Made by a program: the position numbers and the translations under genes. Below are positions 42,490 to 55,100 of a stretch of 64,000 bases of DNA, in pieces. Within the stretch, counting starts at the first letter, position 1. Each line of letters opens with the position of its first letter. The notes below the pieces were generated by a model, which worked only from the letters and a program-made list of their open reading frames with translations, ran no database searches and was not told where the DNA came from. Source of the DNA: Anaeramoeba ignava BMAN (taxonomy: Eukaryota; Protista; Anaeramoebae); contig JAPDFW010000011.1 in NCBI GenBank assembly GCA_028826165.1, positions 780,101 through 844,100 on the forward strand. The letters run 5' to 3'.

Positions 42490-44662
42490 TATTGATTAAT
42501 TTATTTATTGATTGATTGATTGATTTATTTATTTATTGATTTATTTATTGATTTATTTATTTATTTATTTATTGATTTATTTATTTATTTATTGATTTAT
42601 TGATTAATTAATATCAAAAAGGAATATTAGCAGGAACAAATATGAGTGGAGATTTAAAAAATCCAGGAAAAAGTATTCCAAAAGGAACTTTAATAGCACT
42701 TTTAACAACAGCAATATATTACTTTGTTTTAATAACAACACTCGCTTTCACAGCAGAAAGATCAAAACTTCAACACTATTATTTCATTTTAAGTTCTTTT
42801 TGTTTTATTCCATATGTTGTAAGAATAGGAATTCTTTCAGTTACATTTTCATCAGGTTTTATAGCTATAGTTGGATCATCAAGAATTCTTCAATCACTTG
42901 CATCAGATAAATTAATTCCAATTTTATCATTTTTCAGAAAAGGTTCAATCAAAGGAAATGAACCAAGAAGAGCTGTAATTTTTGGATGGATTGTCGCTCA
43001 ATTATTGTTATTAATGGGGAATATTAACGCAATTGCACCTTATACTTCTCAATTTTTCCTTGCAACTTATGGAATTATCAATTTTGCTTGTTTTATTCAT
43101 CATTCATTAGGTGCTCCAAATTTTAGACCTACTTTTAAGAAATTTAATTCAATTACTGCATTGATTGGAGCTTTAATATGTTTTGCAGCAATGTTTTTTG
43201 TTGGATATATTACGTAATTCAAAAAATAAAAAAATAATTTTAAATTAAAAAAATTAAATTAAATCAAAATTTATTATAATTTAGAGCTATTGTTGCATTT
43301 GTTGTTTTGGTGTTTTTTGTCATTTATATTTATTATAAAGGAACTCCATCACCTTGGGGATATGTTTCTCAATCCTTAATATTTCATCAAGTTAGAAAAT
43401 ATATGCTTAAAATGGATAAAAAAAAAGAACATATCAAATTTTGGAGACCTCAATTCCTTTTATTAATTGATCAACCTCATCTTTCGCTTCATTTACTCCA
43501 TTTTATTAATAATCTTAAAAAAGGAGGTCTTTATATTATTGGGAATATTTTCCATAGTAATAGTAATGAAAATCAAGCAATCCAAAATTTGGAGTTTCGA
43601 AGGAAATCTCTTTATGAAGTTATCAAATTAACTAAAATCAAAGCATTTCCTCAAGTTTTATTTTCTAAAACTTTTAGAAAAGGAGCACAAAGTTTAATGC
43701 TTAGTTCAGGAATTGGAGAAATGAAACCCAATACAATAATACTCGATATTCCAAATTCTTCTACTTTGATTGAAGATATCACTTTAATTGATTCAGATGA
43801 ATTGGATATAAACGATGCTCAAAAAAATATTGCAAAAGCAAGAATCAATCGTATTTCAATTAATGATGAATATTTCCCTCAATTCAAATCAAAAAAAGAA
43901 AAAAAACAACTTCATATTCAAGCTCAACTTGATAAACTTGTTGAAGGTTTTGAAGAGTCTTACCAAAGAAAAGAAGATGAATCTGTTAATAATTATTATT
44001 ATTCAATGATTGATGCTAAAAAAATTGGAATGAATATTATTCTCACATCAAATTTCAACAAACTAGATAAAAATGAAATTGTTAAATTTTCCAAAAAGAA
44101 ACAAGGCAAAAAAACAATTGATATTTGGTTATTAAATTTCCCTTATTCAGGATTTTTCAATCAAATTTTTCCAAATTATGAAGAAGATGATGTTGATATT
44201 ATCAACAAAATAAGTTCATCAACATCAATTTCATTATTATTTGGATATATAATTCATCAAACAGATATTTGGAAAAAACACACAACAATAAGATTATTAG
44301 CATTTGCACAAAATGAAGGAATGAAAATAGAAACCAAAAAATTTCTAGAATATATTTTATTTTCATTAAGAATTGAAGCAAAAGTTGAAGTTATTATTCC
44401 AGAAAATGGAATTAATGATTTCTTTACAGAAGATGAAAAAAGTGAAGAAAATAATCAAGAAAAATATTTTTTAAATCAAAATTTAAATAATGAAAAAATT
44501 AATCAATTAATTTTACAACAAAGTAAAGAAACTTGTTTGATATTTATTCCTATTGAAGAAATTATACAAGAAATTATCAAAGAAGTTCAAATAATATCAA
44601 ATAATCTTCCTCCAATTACTTTCTTTCATGCATCAACAAAAGTTGTTACAAATGAAATTTAA
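40271..44662 (+). CDS. SLC12A9/Vhc1-like cation-chloride cotransporter, copy 5; exons 40271-40583, 41374-41817, 42622-43213, 43285-44662
   Basis: Same motifs and intron positions, intact, with a distinct N-terminus. Confidence 0.93.
41820..42606. repeat. Mixed (ATTT/ATTG)n microsatellite in intron 2 of SLC12 copy 5
   Basis: About 790 bp of tetramers. Confidence 0.95.
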
Positions 44663-44797
44663 AAATAAAAATGGGAAATTGTGTTTTTTTATTTAGTTTG
44701 TTTTCAAACAAAAACAAAAACAAAAACAAAAACAAAAAAGAAAAAGAAAATGGAAAAGGAAAAGAACAATTGAATAAAAAGGTTGCAAATGATTTGC

Positions 44798-47700
44798 TTA
44801 CATTAAATATAAACGCTTTTTTAATTTTTCTTGTTTAGTTTTTTCCAAATCTTCAAATTCAGATTTTTTCAAATGAAACAAAGAATAAAATTCATTTTCA
44901 GTTAAATATTTTTCGAGAGAATCACGATCCAAATGAATTTTAGAAATCAAAAGCTCAAGTTGTGGAGTTAAAAAGGGAGAAGAAAGAGAAAAAGAAACAT
45001 TTGAATGAGGAGAACTCAAATTTGGATTTGAATCAAAAAGAAACGTTGAAAGAAGCAAAATCTCGAAATAGGAAAACATTGAGTTTGATTGTTTTTCTTT
45101 GATTGTTTGCAGCATTTCAGAGCAATCAATAAGTAGTGAGTCCTGCTCAACAGCAAGAGGTGCTTGCTCACGACTTTTTGGGAACGAACTTGTGTCCCAT
45201 CCATGGAAATGTCTAGAGAATATAATTGGTTCATAGTGAGATTTTATGAAAAAAGTTTGGATCTTGATTTCTTTGGAAACTTGAATTGAAAGTTGTAGAA
45301 GTGCTTTTGTGAGAGAAATATTGCAAAGATGGCCAATCCAAAGTAAAATGAAATCTTGTGTGATTAATAACGCTCCACTTTTATCTGGCAAACATGATTG
45401 GTTCATTTTTTTGACAACTTCAAAATCCAAAATATTTAAATTTTGAGGGTCTCTTTGTACCAAAATTAATAACGGTTTTGGGGGTGTGTTTGGATCAAAA
45501 TTTAGTGGAGTGTAATTGATACTTCCAGACAAATTCGACCAGAAATCAAGGGGTTCATTTCCTTCATTTATGGATATAATGCCGATTGAATCGAGAGTTG
45601 AATTGAGTTTGTTATCTGGGATTGTGGATGTATTTTCTCCAAGAAGCGCAGCAGCAACTCTTTTGCCTGCGAAAACTTGTCCTAATTTGCAATATTTGCC
45701 TATCCAAAGATAATTAGTCTGTTCTGTTTGAAGAACAAAGCAATATCCCGAATTGAGCCACTGCGAAATTGGATCGACTTCAATTACCATGTTTGTCTTT
45801 GTTTGTAGATCTGTTTTGATATGGAAAAGATAGTTGTTTGGGTCGCCTTGACGATGTTCGGTTTTGTGAATGGTGATATTCCCGCCCAAAATATTGACAA
45901 GATGCTTTGGTTCGTTGTATTGTGAAATGATAGTTTTAAGAACCTGTTTTTCGTTGATTAAACTAGGTGGTAAATTTGCTGTTTTGATAATTTGTGCTGC
46001 ATGTGGATGTTTTTGAAGGAAATGATCCCCAATCCAAATATAAACCAAATGATGTTTTTCAAATTGGAGGGAAATGAGATAGGCATTTGAAGAAAAGAAG
46101 TGGCCGATCATATCAGGATCAACATCTGAATAAGTAACTTCGTTATCTAAAGATATTTCAAATAGAGAAGGATTTGGCAATTTGTTTTGGGATGAGAGAA
46201 CGAGTTTTTTTGCGAATTTCCTTTGATTCTGTTGAATTTTTTGGATTTCTTGAATATTTTCAATATTTTCAATATTTTCTTGATTTGGTTGATTTCTTGG
46301 AATTTTTCGATTTTTTTCATCCTGTTTCCATAAATTTGCAATTTGTTTAATATATAATTGTGTTATCAAAGGTTCAGGTTCTTCATCCTGTTTTTTTTGC
46401 AATTTTTCTTCAAATTCACCACCAGATAGAAGAGATCCCTGAACAGCAAATGGATCGAGAGGAAGTTTAGTATCGAAATTACAAAATTTTTCTTTAAAAA
46501 GAACATGTTCCTCATTTTCATAAACAATCATAGAAAAAGATTTTTCTTGTCTAAGAAAAACAATCTTGATAGTATTTGCGAATTTTTTGGCGAATTTTTG
46601 CTGTTTATTTGAAGATCGAGCACCGATCCAAACGAAGACTTCTCTTTGAGTATCAATAACAAAACAGCATGTTGTGTCGAGGATATTTCTTGATGTTTCG
46701 CGGCGTGATGCTTCTTGGACACACTCCACTCGCCGTGCTTTTGATGGTCCGATTCGGTATATCCGAATACGAAGTTCCGCCTCATCAGGATGTGAAACTA
46801 TCCGTTTATCATCCTGCAACCTTTTGGGTGAATGTGGAGATCCGAGTGAATTCCAAAATAGGATTGATTCTTCTGATGTCTCGTTGAATTCTTGGATTTC
46901 TACTATGGATTGTACTGTTGGAGAAATGGATTGTGTTCTTGTTGGTTGATTTCTTTTTAATGATGGTTTGGATTCGTTTTTATTTGTATTTTTTTGATCC
47001 AAATGTAAATTTAGTGCTGTGTTTAAATTCAAATCTAAATCTTCGTTTGTATATATATTTGTATCTATATTTGTATCTGTATTTGTATCTGTATTTGTAT
47101 CTGTATTTGTATCTGTATTTGAGTCTGTATCTGAGTCTGTAATTGTTTCTGTATTTGTGTTTATGTTTATGTTCATATCTGTATTTATATTTGTAGTTTT
47201 AAAATTTGCAAAACTTCTTGAAAATTTTGAATCAAGTTTTTTGAAATTGTTCAAATAAGATTTTTTTTGATTTGGATTTAAATTGTTTAAATTTTTTGGA
47301 TTTGAATTGTTTGAATTTGAATTTGAATTGTTTGAATTTTGATTTAAATTTTTTGGATTTAAATTGTTTGAATTTGGATTTAAATTTTTTGAATTTGAAT
47401 TTGGATTTGGATTTTGTAAGTTTTTTGGTTCTGGAAATTTTAATTTTTTTGGATTTGAATTTTGTAAGTTTTTTGGTTCTGGAAATTTTAATTTTTTTGG
47501 ATTTGAATTTTGTGAATTTGAATTAGGATCTGATTTGATATTGTTTGTATTCTTAGCAATAGACTCGAATTGTCTTAAACGTTGAAAAGATTTAATTCTC
47601 TTAATTTTATTCTGACTATTTGTATAAACAACAGTCTTATTAACTAATGCAGAAACACTAGTATCAGCAAGAGCTAAAATAGCATCCAAAGCTTTAGCCC

Positions 47701-50700
47701 TTTGAACACGAGAAGAACGAATGCCATTCCATTGATACAATTTGCGGTTGATTTTTTGGTTGGATTGCTGAGATTTAATATCGGCAACAAAAACACAATC
47801 ATGGCGCAAAGAAGACGGAGAAAAATCGACTTGTTCAACACGAAGAGCAGGAGTGATGCGGATCAAAATGTTTGTGAGCAAGCTCTGAGAAGATGATTCG
47901 CTGCGGACAATTTCCTTCATCATTTTATCCTTATATTGAAGAACAGGGAGAATTGTGTGTGTTGTGTCTCCCGGTTTTATTGAATCCCACGGTATTCCAT
48001 TGATATATTCATCCAAATATGTGTTTGCTAATTGAGATGATCCTCTTCTAAATACTCTTGGCGATAATCGCGTGTTGGGTTTTGTTTTAACAGAAAATTT
48101 TCGTGGAGAGAATTGTTCTGATTTTTGTTGTTGTCCTCCCACTTCTATTTCTTCAACTTTATTTCCTATTGGTGAAAAAGGATCTATTGTTAATGTGTTT
48201 TCTGTAACAAAACGCAAGCGAGGATTCTGTCCGATTGTGTTCCGAGTTGTGTTTGGATCGTTTATGATTTTTGAAGGATTGACTAGAGTTGATTTTGCGC
48301 GAAATTTGTCTTCTGATATTTGATTTTGATTTTGATTTTGATTTTGATTTTTGATTTTGATTTTTATTTTCATTTTCATTTTCATTTTCATTTTCATTTT
48401 CATTTTCATTTTGAATTTGAATTTGATTTTGATTTTGAATTTGATTTTCATTTTCATTTTTATCTAAATTTTGATTTTGATTTAAATTTTGAATTTGATT
48501 TAAATTTTGATTTTGATTTTGATTTAAATTTAAATTTTGATTTTGATTTTGATTTTCGTTTTTTTGAACATCATCAATAAATGAATTATCATCTTTTTTA
48601 TCATAAATATTTGAGTTTTCATCAATATCATCCTCGGATTCATTAGAAGAATCCTCATCGCGACTACAAAGTAGCAAAAATCTCATGAGTTCAACACCAC
48701 GGATCCAAACCTCCATTTCATTGAGATCCTTAGCAAATAAAACCCAACTTTTGGATGAACCATGGAAATTAATTTGGAAACAACAAATACACTCTTCATG
48801 ACGATTAGGGTCTTGGAAACCGCCTCCAAATGTGCGGAGGATTCTGACTGGATGAACAGAAACAACATCAGCAAGTGATTCTGATTCTTCCGAAGATTTT
48901 GAGTCCTTATCAGAAAGACAAAGAATGCGACCTCCGCGGATCGCAAAATAACGTCTGTCCCATAATTCCTTGCTATTTTGAACTTTTCGCCGAAGGAGAA
49001 AACCCTCGGGTTGAGAGATAATCCGCACACGCTTTTGCGAAGAATGGAATCTCTCCGAATTAATACTTGCAAAATCTTTGTTGTCATGAAAACTCTTGAT
49101 CAATGCTTGAGCCCATTTGATATTGTCAATAAGAGATTCTTTCTGCGCTGAATCGGCGCAGCATATGATGAACCGCTGTTTGAGATGCGATATTTCTAGA
49201 CAATTTTGGATGAGAAGCTCAGTATCATCATCCAAAACACGAAGAACTTGAGTTTCATCATTGATTGATTTTCGTTTTTTTCTAGGAAATAAATACGCGT
49301 AATTGCGAACAGGGATTTGTGGTTTTTCTTGTGTATTTGATTGCTTATAAAATTGTAGAACGGATTTGGATGATTTGTCACTGCGCGGAAATGCCTTGAA
49401 TTTGTCATGCCGAAGAAGATTGGGTCTCACTGTAAATTGTGATATTTGCCACGAATAAAGTGGATCTTGAAGTCTGTTGTTTGCCTCCCAAATACTCATG
49501 AAGGGAAGCTTCAAAACAGACACAACAGGCTTGAAGTCGTTGATCCGTTTTTCCATAAATAAGTATATCTTCGCAGTGTGTGCGAATGCCATAACTGTTC
49601 GGTGAAAACGCAATGCGGGATCGTCCCCACCTTCCTCCCTTCGGAATGAGATTATATCTTTTTCGGGTACAATTCCATACGATGCAAACACAACAAGATC
49701 ATTCATCCGTTTTCCCGTCGCAAATCTTGATGAAGGCTCAATGAATAGTGAGTGAGTCACTAAGTCTCTTTCGTCGCATAATCTTTTTTTGAAAAGCGTG
49801 TGTTTGACATCTCGTACTTTTTGATCCGGTGAAACATGAATAGATTTGACTAAATTTTTCTCCGGAATTTGGATTCGGACCACAAAATCTCTTTCTTGAG
49901 CACCACATTGCAGTGTTTCATAACGATCCATAAGCTCAAGTAAATCGTTTTGTTTGATTTGATAAAAACAAAGTGATTCTGAATCTCGCAAAACAATCGG
50001 CGATCTTTTTTCCGTTTCTGCGCCTGGGAGCACAAGTCGGTACTCGGTAACTTCGCTCTCTTCAAGTATAGGAACAAGTTTTTTGGCCAGAAGACGCTTT
50101 GTCTCCTTCACAGTTGTTTCTGGTGTTACTATCACTGTTTTTGTTGTTTGAAGTGATGGTATAAGCACAAAAAGAAAATATTGTGTATCAAGTGTGCTTT
50201 GATCTGTTTTGCAAAAGTAATTTGCTCGGTTGTAAAAAGACATTGCACGAACAGAGCTTGATGATCGATTAAGTACTTTTAAGGAGAATTCATCTTGCTC
50301 GTTATTTTCTTTTGGATTTTGATTTAAATTTTCTTTTGAATTTTGATTTAAATTTTCTTTTGAATTTTCTTTTGAATTTTCTTTTAAATTTTCTTTTGAA
50401 TTTTCTTTTGAATTTTCATTTAAATTTTCTTTTAAATTTTCATTTGAAGTTTTTTCTAAATTTTCATTTAAATTTTCATTTAAATTTTGATTTAAATTTT
50501 CTTTTGAATTTTGATTTAAATTTTCATTTAAAGTTTTTTCTAAATTTTCATTTGAATTTTCTTTTAAATTTTCATTTGAATTTTCTTTTGAATTTTCTTT
50601 TAAATTTTCTTTTAAATTTTCTTTTAAATTTTCATTTGAATTTTCATTTGAATTTTCATCAAAAGTATCAAAACGATCATCAGTTTCTTTTTTATTCATT

Positions 50701-51698
50701 GTCTCAATTTTCAATGAACCCAATTTTTCGATATACTCTTCGAAATTATTGACATGGATATTACCTTCTTTTCTAGGATTAGAAAGATTAGAAGGATTTA
50801 AATTAGATAAAACTGGGGATCTATAATCCCAAGAAAGTTTCATTCTGAGCTCATTTGGGTCAAGTGCATCTGATTCAACAAAGTGTTGGATCACTTCTCC
50901 CGAAAGTAGAATAGAAGATCTTTGGGTAAGTTTTGGGATTTTTGTCTTATTCATTAAATCCATTGCAGCTTTTATTTGTTGCATCCACTTGTCTCTGTTG
51001 TCATCATTAACGGCATGCAAAAAATTTGAGTCTTGAGGACTATGAATAGCAAAAGCATGTGACATTCCATTTATTTTTTGGTTTAACACTTCTGCTAGTT
51101 CAATTTTATTTGCATGCGATTCGAAAATTTTTTCCTTTAACGTCTTGTCAGAAAATCCTATCAAAACTCCTGTATGTGTAAGTATGAAAAAACCTGTCAC
51201 CCATTTTCCATTTGTATCTTCTTGTCGAATAAGAAGAGAAAGTGTTCCATATATTCTGACGTTATTGATAAAGTCAGTGTTTACTTTTTGTGTCGTTTGT
51301 TTTCTTTGAACGTCGTTTGTTTGTGTTTTTTCAATTTCATTTGTACTTGTTTCTTTTTTTTCATGCGACAGATTTTTAAAAGAAATTTGTTGAATGTGTT
51401 GAATCCATTTTTCTTGAACATTGGCAGTTTTTGCTTCAAATAATAAAATATTTCTATCATCCACAATTCTAAATACAAATCCTTCCCTGTCAAGTTTGAC
51501 TTCTTCAATTTCTTCTACATTTGTTAATGCTATTGTTTTTTTTGATACTGTCGATAGTGCATCTTTAAATATGAAAATAAAACCATCTTTCATTTCAACC
51601 CATCTTTTTTTAAATACTGTGTTTTCTTTTTTTAAGTCTTTTATTAAAAACCATGCAAAAAGTGGTGTTTGTCTTTTTAATTTTAAATAAAGCTCCAT
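44798..51698 (-). CDS. ~2300-aa intronless multidomain protein: PH-PH, two ubiquitin-like domains, PH domain(s), gelsolin/villin repeats, villin headpiece; one apparent frameshift at ~48350
   Basis: PH signatures (FKKRWVEM..QEKWIQHI; NRDKWMQQI; WDRRYFAI..EMEVWIRGV). Ubl-like segments (TKTVIVTPETTVKETK; VSPDQKVRDVKH). Gelsolin motifs (SLRHDCVFVAD..LYQWNG; LDTTCCFVID..VFVWIG; LNSGYCFVL..YLWIG; EGNEPLDFW). Headpiece LEKYLTENEFYSLFHLKKSEFEDLEKTKQEKLKKRLYLM. The two ORFs overlap in an NQ tract with one extra base and no GT donor. Confidence 0.82.
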
Positions 51699-52108
51699 TT
51701 ATTTTTTTTGATTGGAATTTTATTTTTCTTTTTAAAAAAAAAAGCAAAAAGTAAAAAGTAAAAATAATAATGAATAGAAAAAATGAAAAAAAAATTTTTC
51801 ATTTAAATTATTTATATTTTGAAAAAATAATTATAAATTAAATTGTCCAAAAAAATTAATAAATAAAATTTTGCCGGCTAATTAAATAAATATAAATTTA
51901 ATAAATTAAAGAAATTAAAGAAATTAAAGAAATTAAAAATAATTCGAAATTTGATTATTTTTTGTCTTCTTTTTTTTGGAATAAAATTTTTCTTTTTTAC
52001 TTCATTTTAAATTAAGTAAAAAAACCAAAAAAAAAAAAACAATTGAAAAAAAAAAAACAAAGAAAGAAAAAAGTAGCAAAACAAAAATCTCAAAATTAGA
52101 AATTGAGA

Positions 52109-55100
52109 CTAAAATAAATGTAAACGAGGTTCTCTTGGTGGAATTAACCAAATTTGAGCATCTTTCGAAAGAAAATTTTCTTGATTTAATTTTAAGAAAA
52201 AATTTGTTTCTTTATTATTTGGTACGGATAATGTTGTTGATTTTAAAATGAGACGATCCATATCCCAAAATCCTTTAACAGATGTATCATCAGAAAAAGA
52301 TAAAATTCCTTTATTATGAATCTAATTTAAGAAAGAAATTTAATTTTATATTTTATATTTTATATTTTATATTGAATATTTTATATTGAATATTATATAT
52401 TGAATATTTTATATTGAATATTTTATATTGAATATTTAATATTTTATAATATTTTATATTGAATATTTTATATATTGAATATTTTATTTTATATTGAATA
52501 TTTTATATATTTTATATTGAATATTTTATATATTGAATATTTTATATATTTAATATTTTATATTTAATTTTATATATTGGATATTTTATATTTAATATTT
52601 TATATTGAATATTTAATATTTTATAATATTTTATATTGAATATTTTATATATTGAATATTTTATTTTTATATTGAATATTTTATATATTTAATTTTATAT
52701 TTAATATTTTATATTTAATATTTTATATTTAATATTTTATATTTATATTTTATATTGAATATTTTATATTGAATATTTTATATATTTTATATATTTTATA
52801 TTTTTATATTGAATATTTATATATTTTATATTTTATATTGAATATTTTATAATATTTTATATTGAATATTTTATATTGAATATTTTATATTTTATATTTA
52901 ATATTTTATATTGAATATTTATATATTTTATAATATTTTATATTTGAATATTTTTATATATTGAATATTTTATATTTAATATTTTATATATTTAATATTT
53001 TATATTGAATATTTTATATTGAATATTTTATATTTAATATTTTATATTGAATATTATATATTTAATATTTTATATTTTATATTTTATATTGAATATTATT
53101 TTTATTTTAAATTTTTTATTGAATATTATATATATTTTTATATTGAATATTTTATATATTTTTATATTGAATATTTTATATATTTTATATTGAATATTTT
53201 ATAATATTTTATATTGAATATTTTATAATATTTTATATTGAATATTTTTATATTGAATATTTTTATAATATTTTATATTGAATATTTTATATTTAATTTT
53301 ATAATAATTTATATTTTTAATATTTTATATTTTAATATTTTATATTGAATATTTAATTTTATATTTATATTGAATATTTTATATTTAATATTTTATATAT
53401 TTTATATTGAATATTTTTATATTTAATATTTTATATATTTTTATATTGAATATTTTATATTGAATATTTTATTTTATAATATTTTTATATATTTAATTAT
53501 ATATTTAATATTTTATATATTTAATTATATATTGAATATTTTATATATTTAATTATATTTTGAATATTTTATATTGAATATTTAATTTTAGAATATTTTA
53601 TATTGAATATTTAATTTTATAATATTTTATATTGAATATTTTATATATTTAATATTGAATATTTTATATTGAATATTTTATATATTTAATATTTTATATT
53701 GAATATTTTATACGTTTCCATAACTCATTTCTCCAGTATATTGAACATTTTCTGAATTATGATAATGTATTTCTTTTCCCATTGAAATTCCGTCTTTAAA
53801 TATTCCTGTAAATTGTTCTAAAATATCTTCAGGTTCAATATTTTGTTTAATAGATGATAAATTTTTAGATTTTAAAATATATAAAGTTCCATATCCATTT
53901 GGGAGATTATATGACCTAAATTTTAATTTTAATTTTAATTTTAATTTTAATTTTTAATTTTAATTTTAATTTTAATTTTTAATTTTAATTTTTAATTTTT
54001 AATTTTTAATTTTTATTTTTAATAACAAACCATTCTCCAGTATATTTAATATTTTTATTAATAAAAATTCCTCTTCCAGAACGCATTCCATTTTTCCATT
54101 CACCTTCATATTTTTTATCTTCTGAATATTCCATTAATCCTTGTCCATTTTGAAGATCATTTTTCCAAGATCCTTTATATTTCCAATATTTAGTAATAAA
54201 AGTACCAGTTCCTTGTTTCTAAGCATTGAATATTAAAATTATTATAAAATTATTATTAAAATTATTATTATAATTATTATTAAATTTATTATTAAAATTA
54301 TTATTAAAATTATTAATAAATTTAATATTAAATTTATTATTAAAATTATTAAATTTATTATTAAAATTATTATTAAATTTATTATTAAATTTATTATTAA
54401 AATTATTATTAAAATTATTATCAAAATTATTATCAAAATTATTATCAAAATTATTATCAAAATTATTATTAAATTATTATTAAAATTATTATTAAAATTA
54501 TTAAATTTATTATTAAATTTATTATTAAAATTATTATTAAAATTATTATTAAAATTAATATTAAAATTAATATTAAAATTATTATTAAAATTATTATTAA
54601 AATTATTATTAAAATTATTATTAAATTTATTATTAAATTTATTATTAAATTATTATTAAATTATTATTAAAATTATTATCAAAATTATTATTAAAATTAT
54701 TATTAAAATTTATTATTAAAATTATTATCAAATTTATTATTAAAATTATTAAATTTATTATTAAAATTATTATTAAAATTATTATTAAAATTATTATTAA
54801 AATTGTTATTGAAAATTATTATTGAAAATTATTAAAAACATACTTGATCTCGAACCCAAGAACCTTCATAACTATCACCAGTTACATAAATTTGTTTTCC
54901 ATGACCTTCTCTCCTATCATTCCTCCATGAACCTTTATAAAAATTACCTAAAGAATCCTTAAATTCACCAATACCAGAACGCATATTATCTTTAAAACTT
55001 CCTGAATAAAAATCACCATTTGCAAACTTCAAAGTACCTTTCCCTTCAAAAAGATCATTAAGAAACTCTCCCTCATAAATAGAGCCATCAGAAGAAACAA

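Noticed and set aside
44798-51698. Possible intein or mobile element within the long intronless ORFs
   Set aside because: No Hint-domain C...HN motifs, LAGLIDADG, reverse transcriptase or transposase signatures were recognised.
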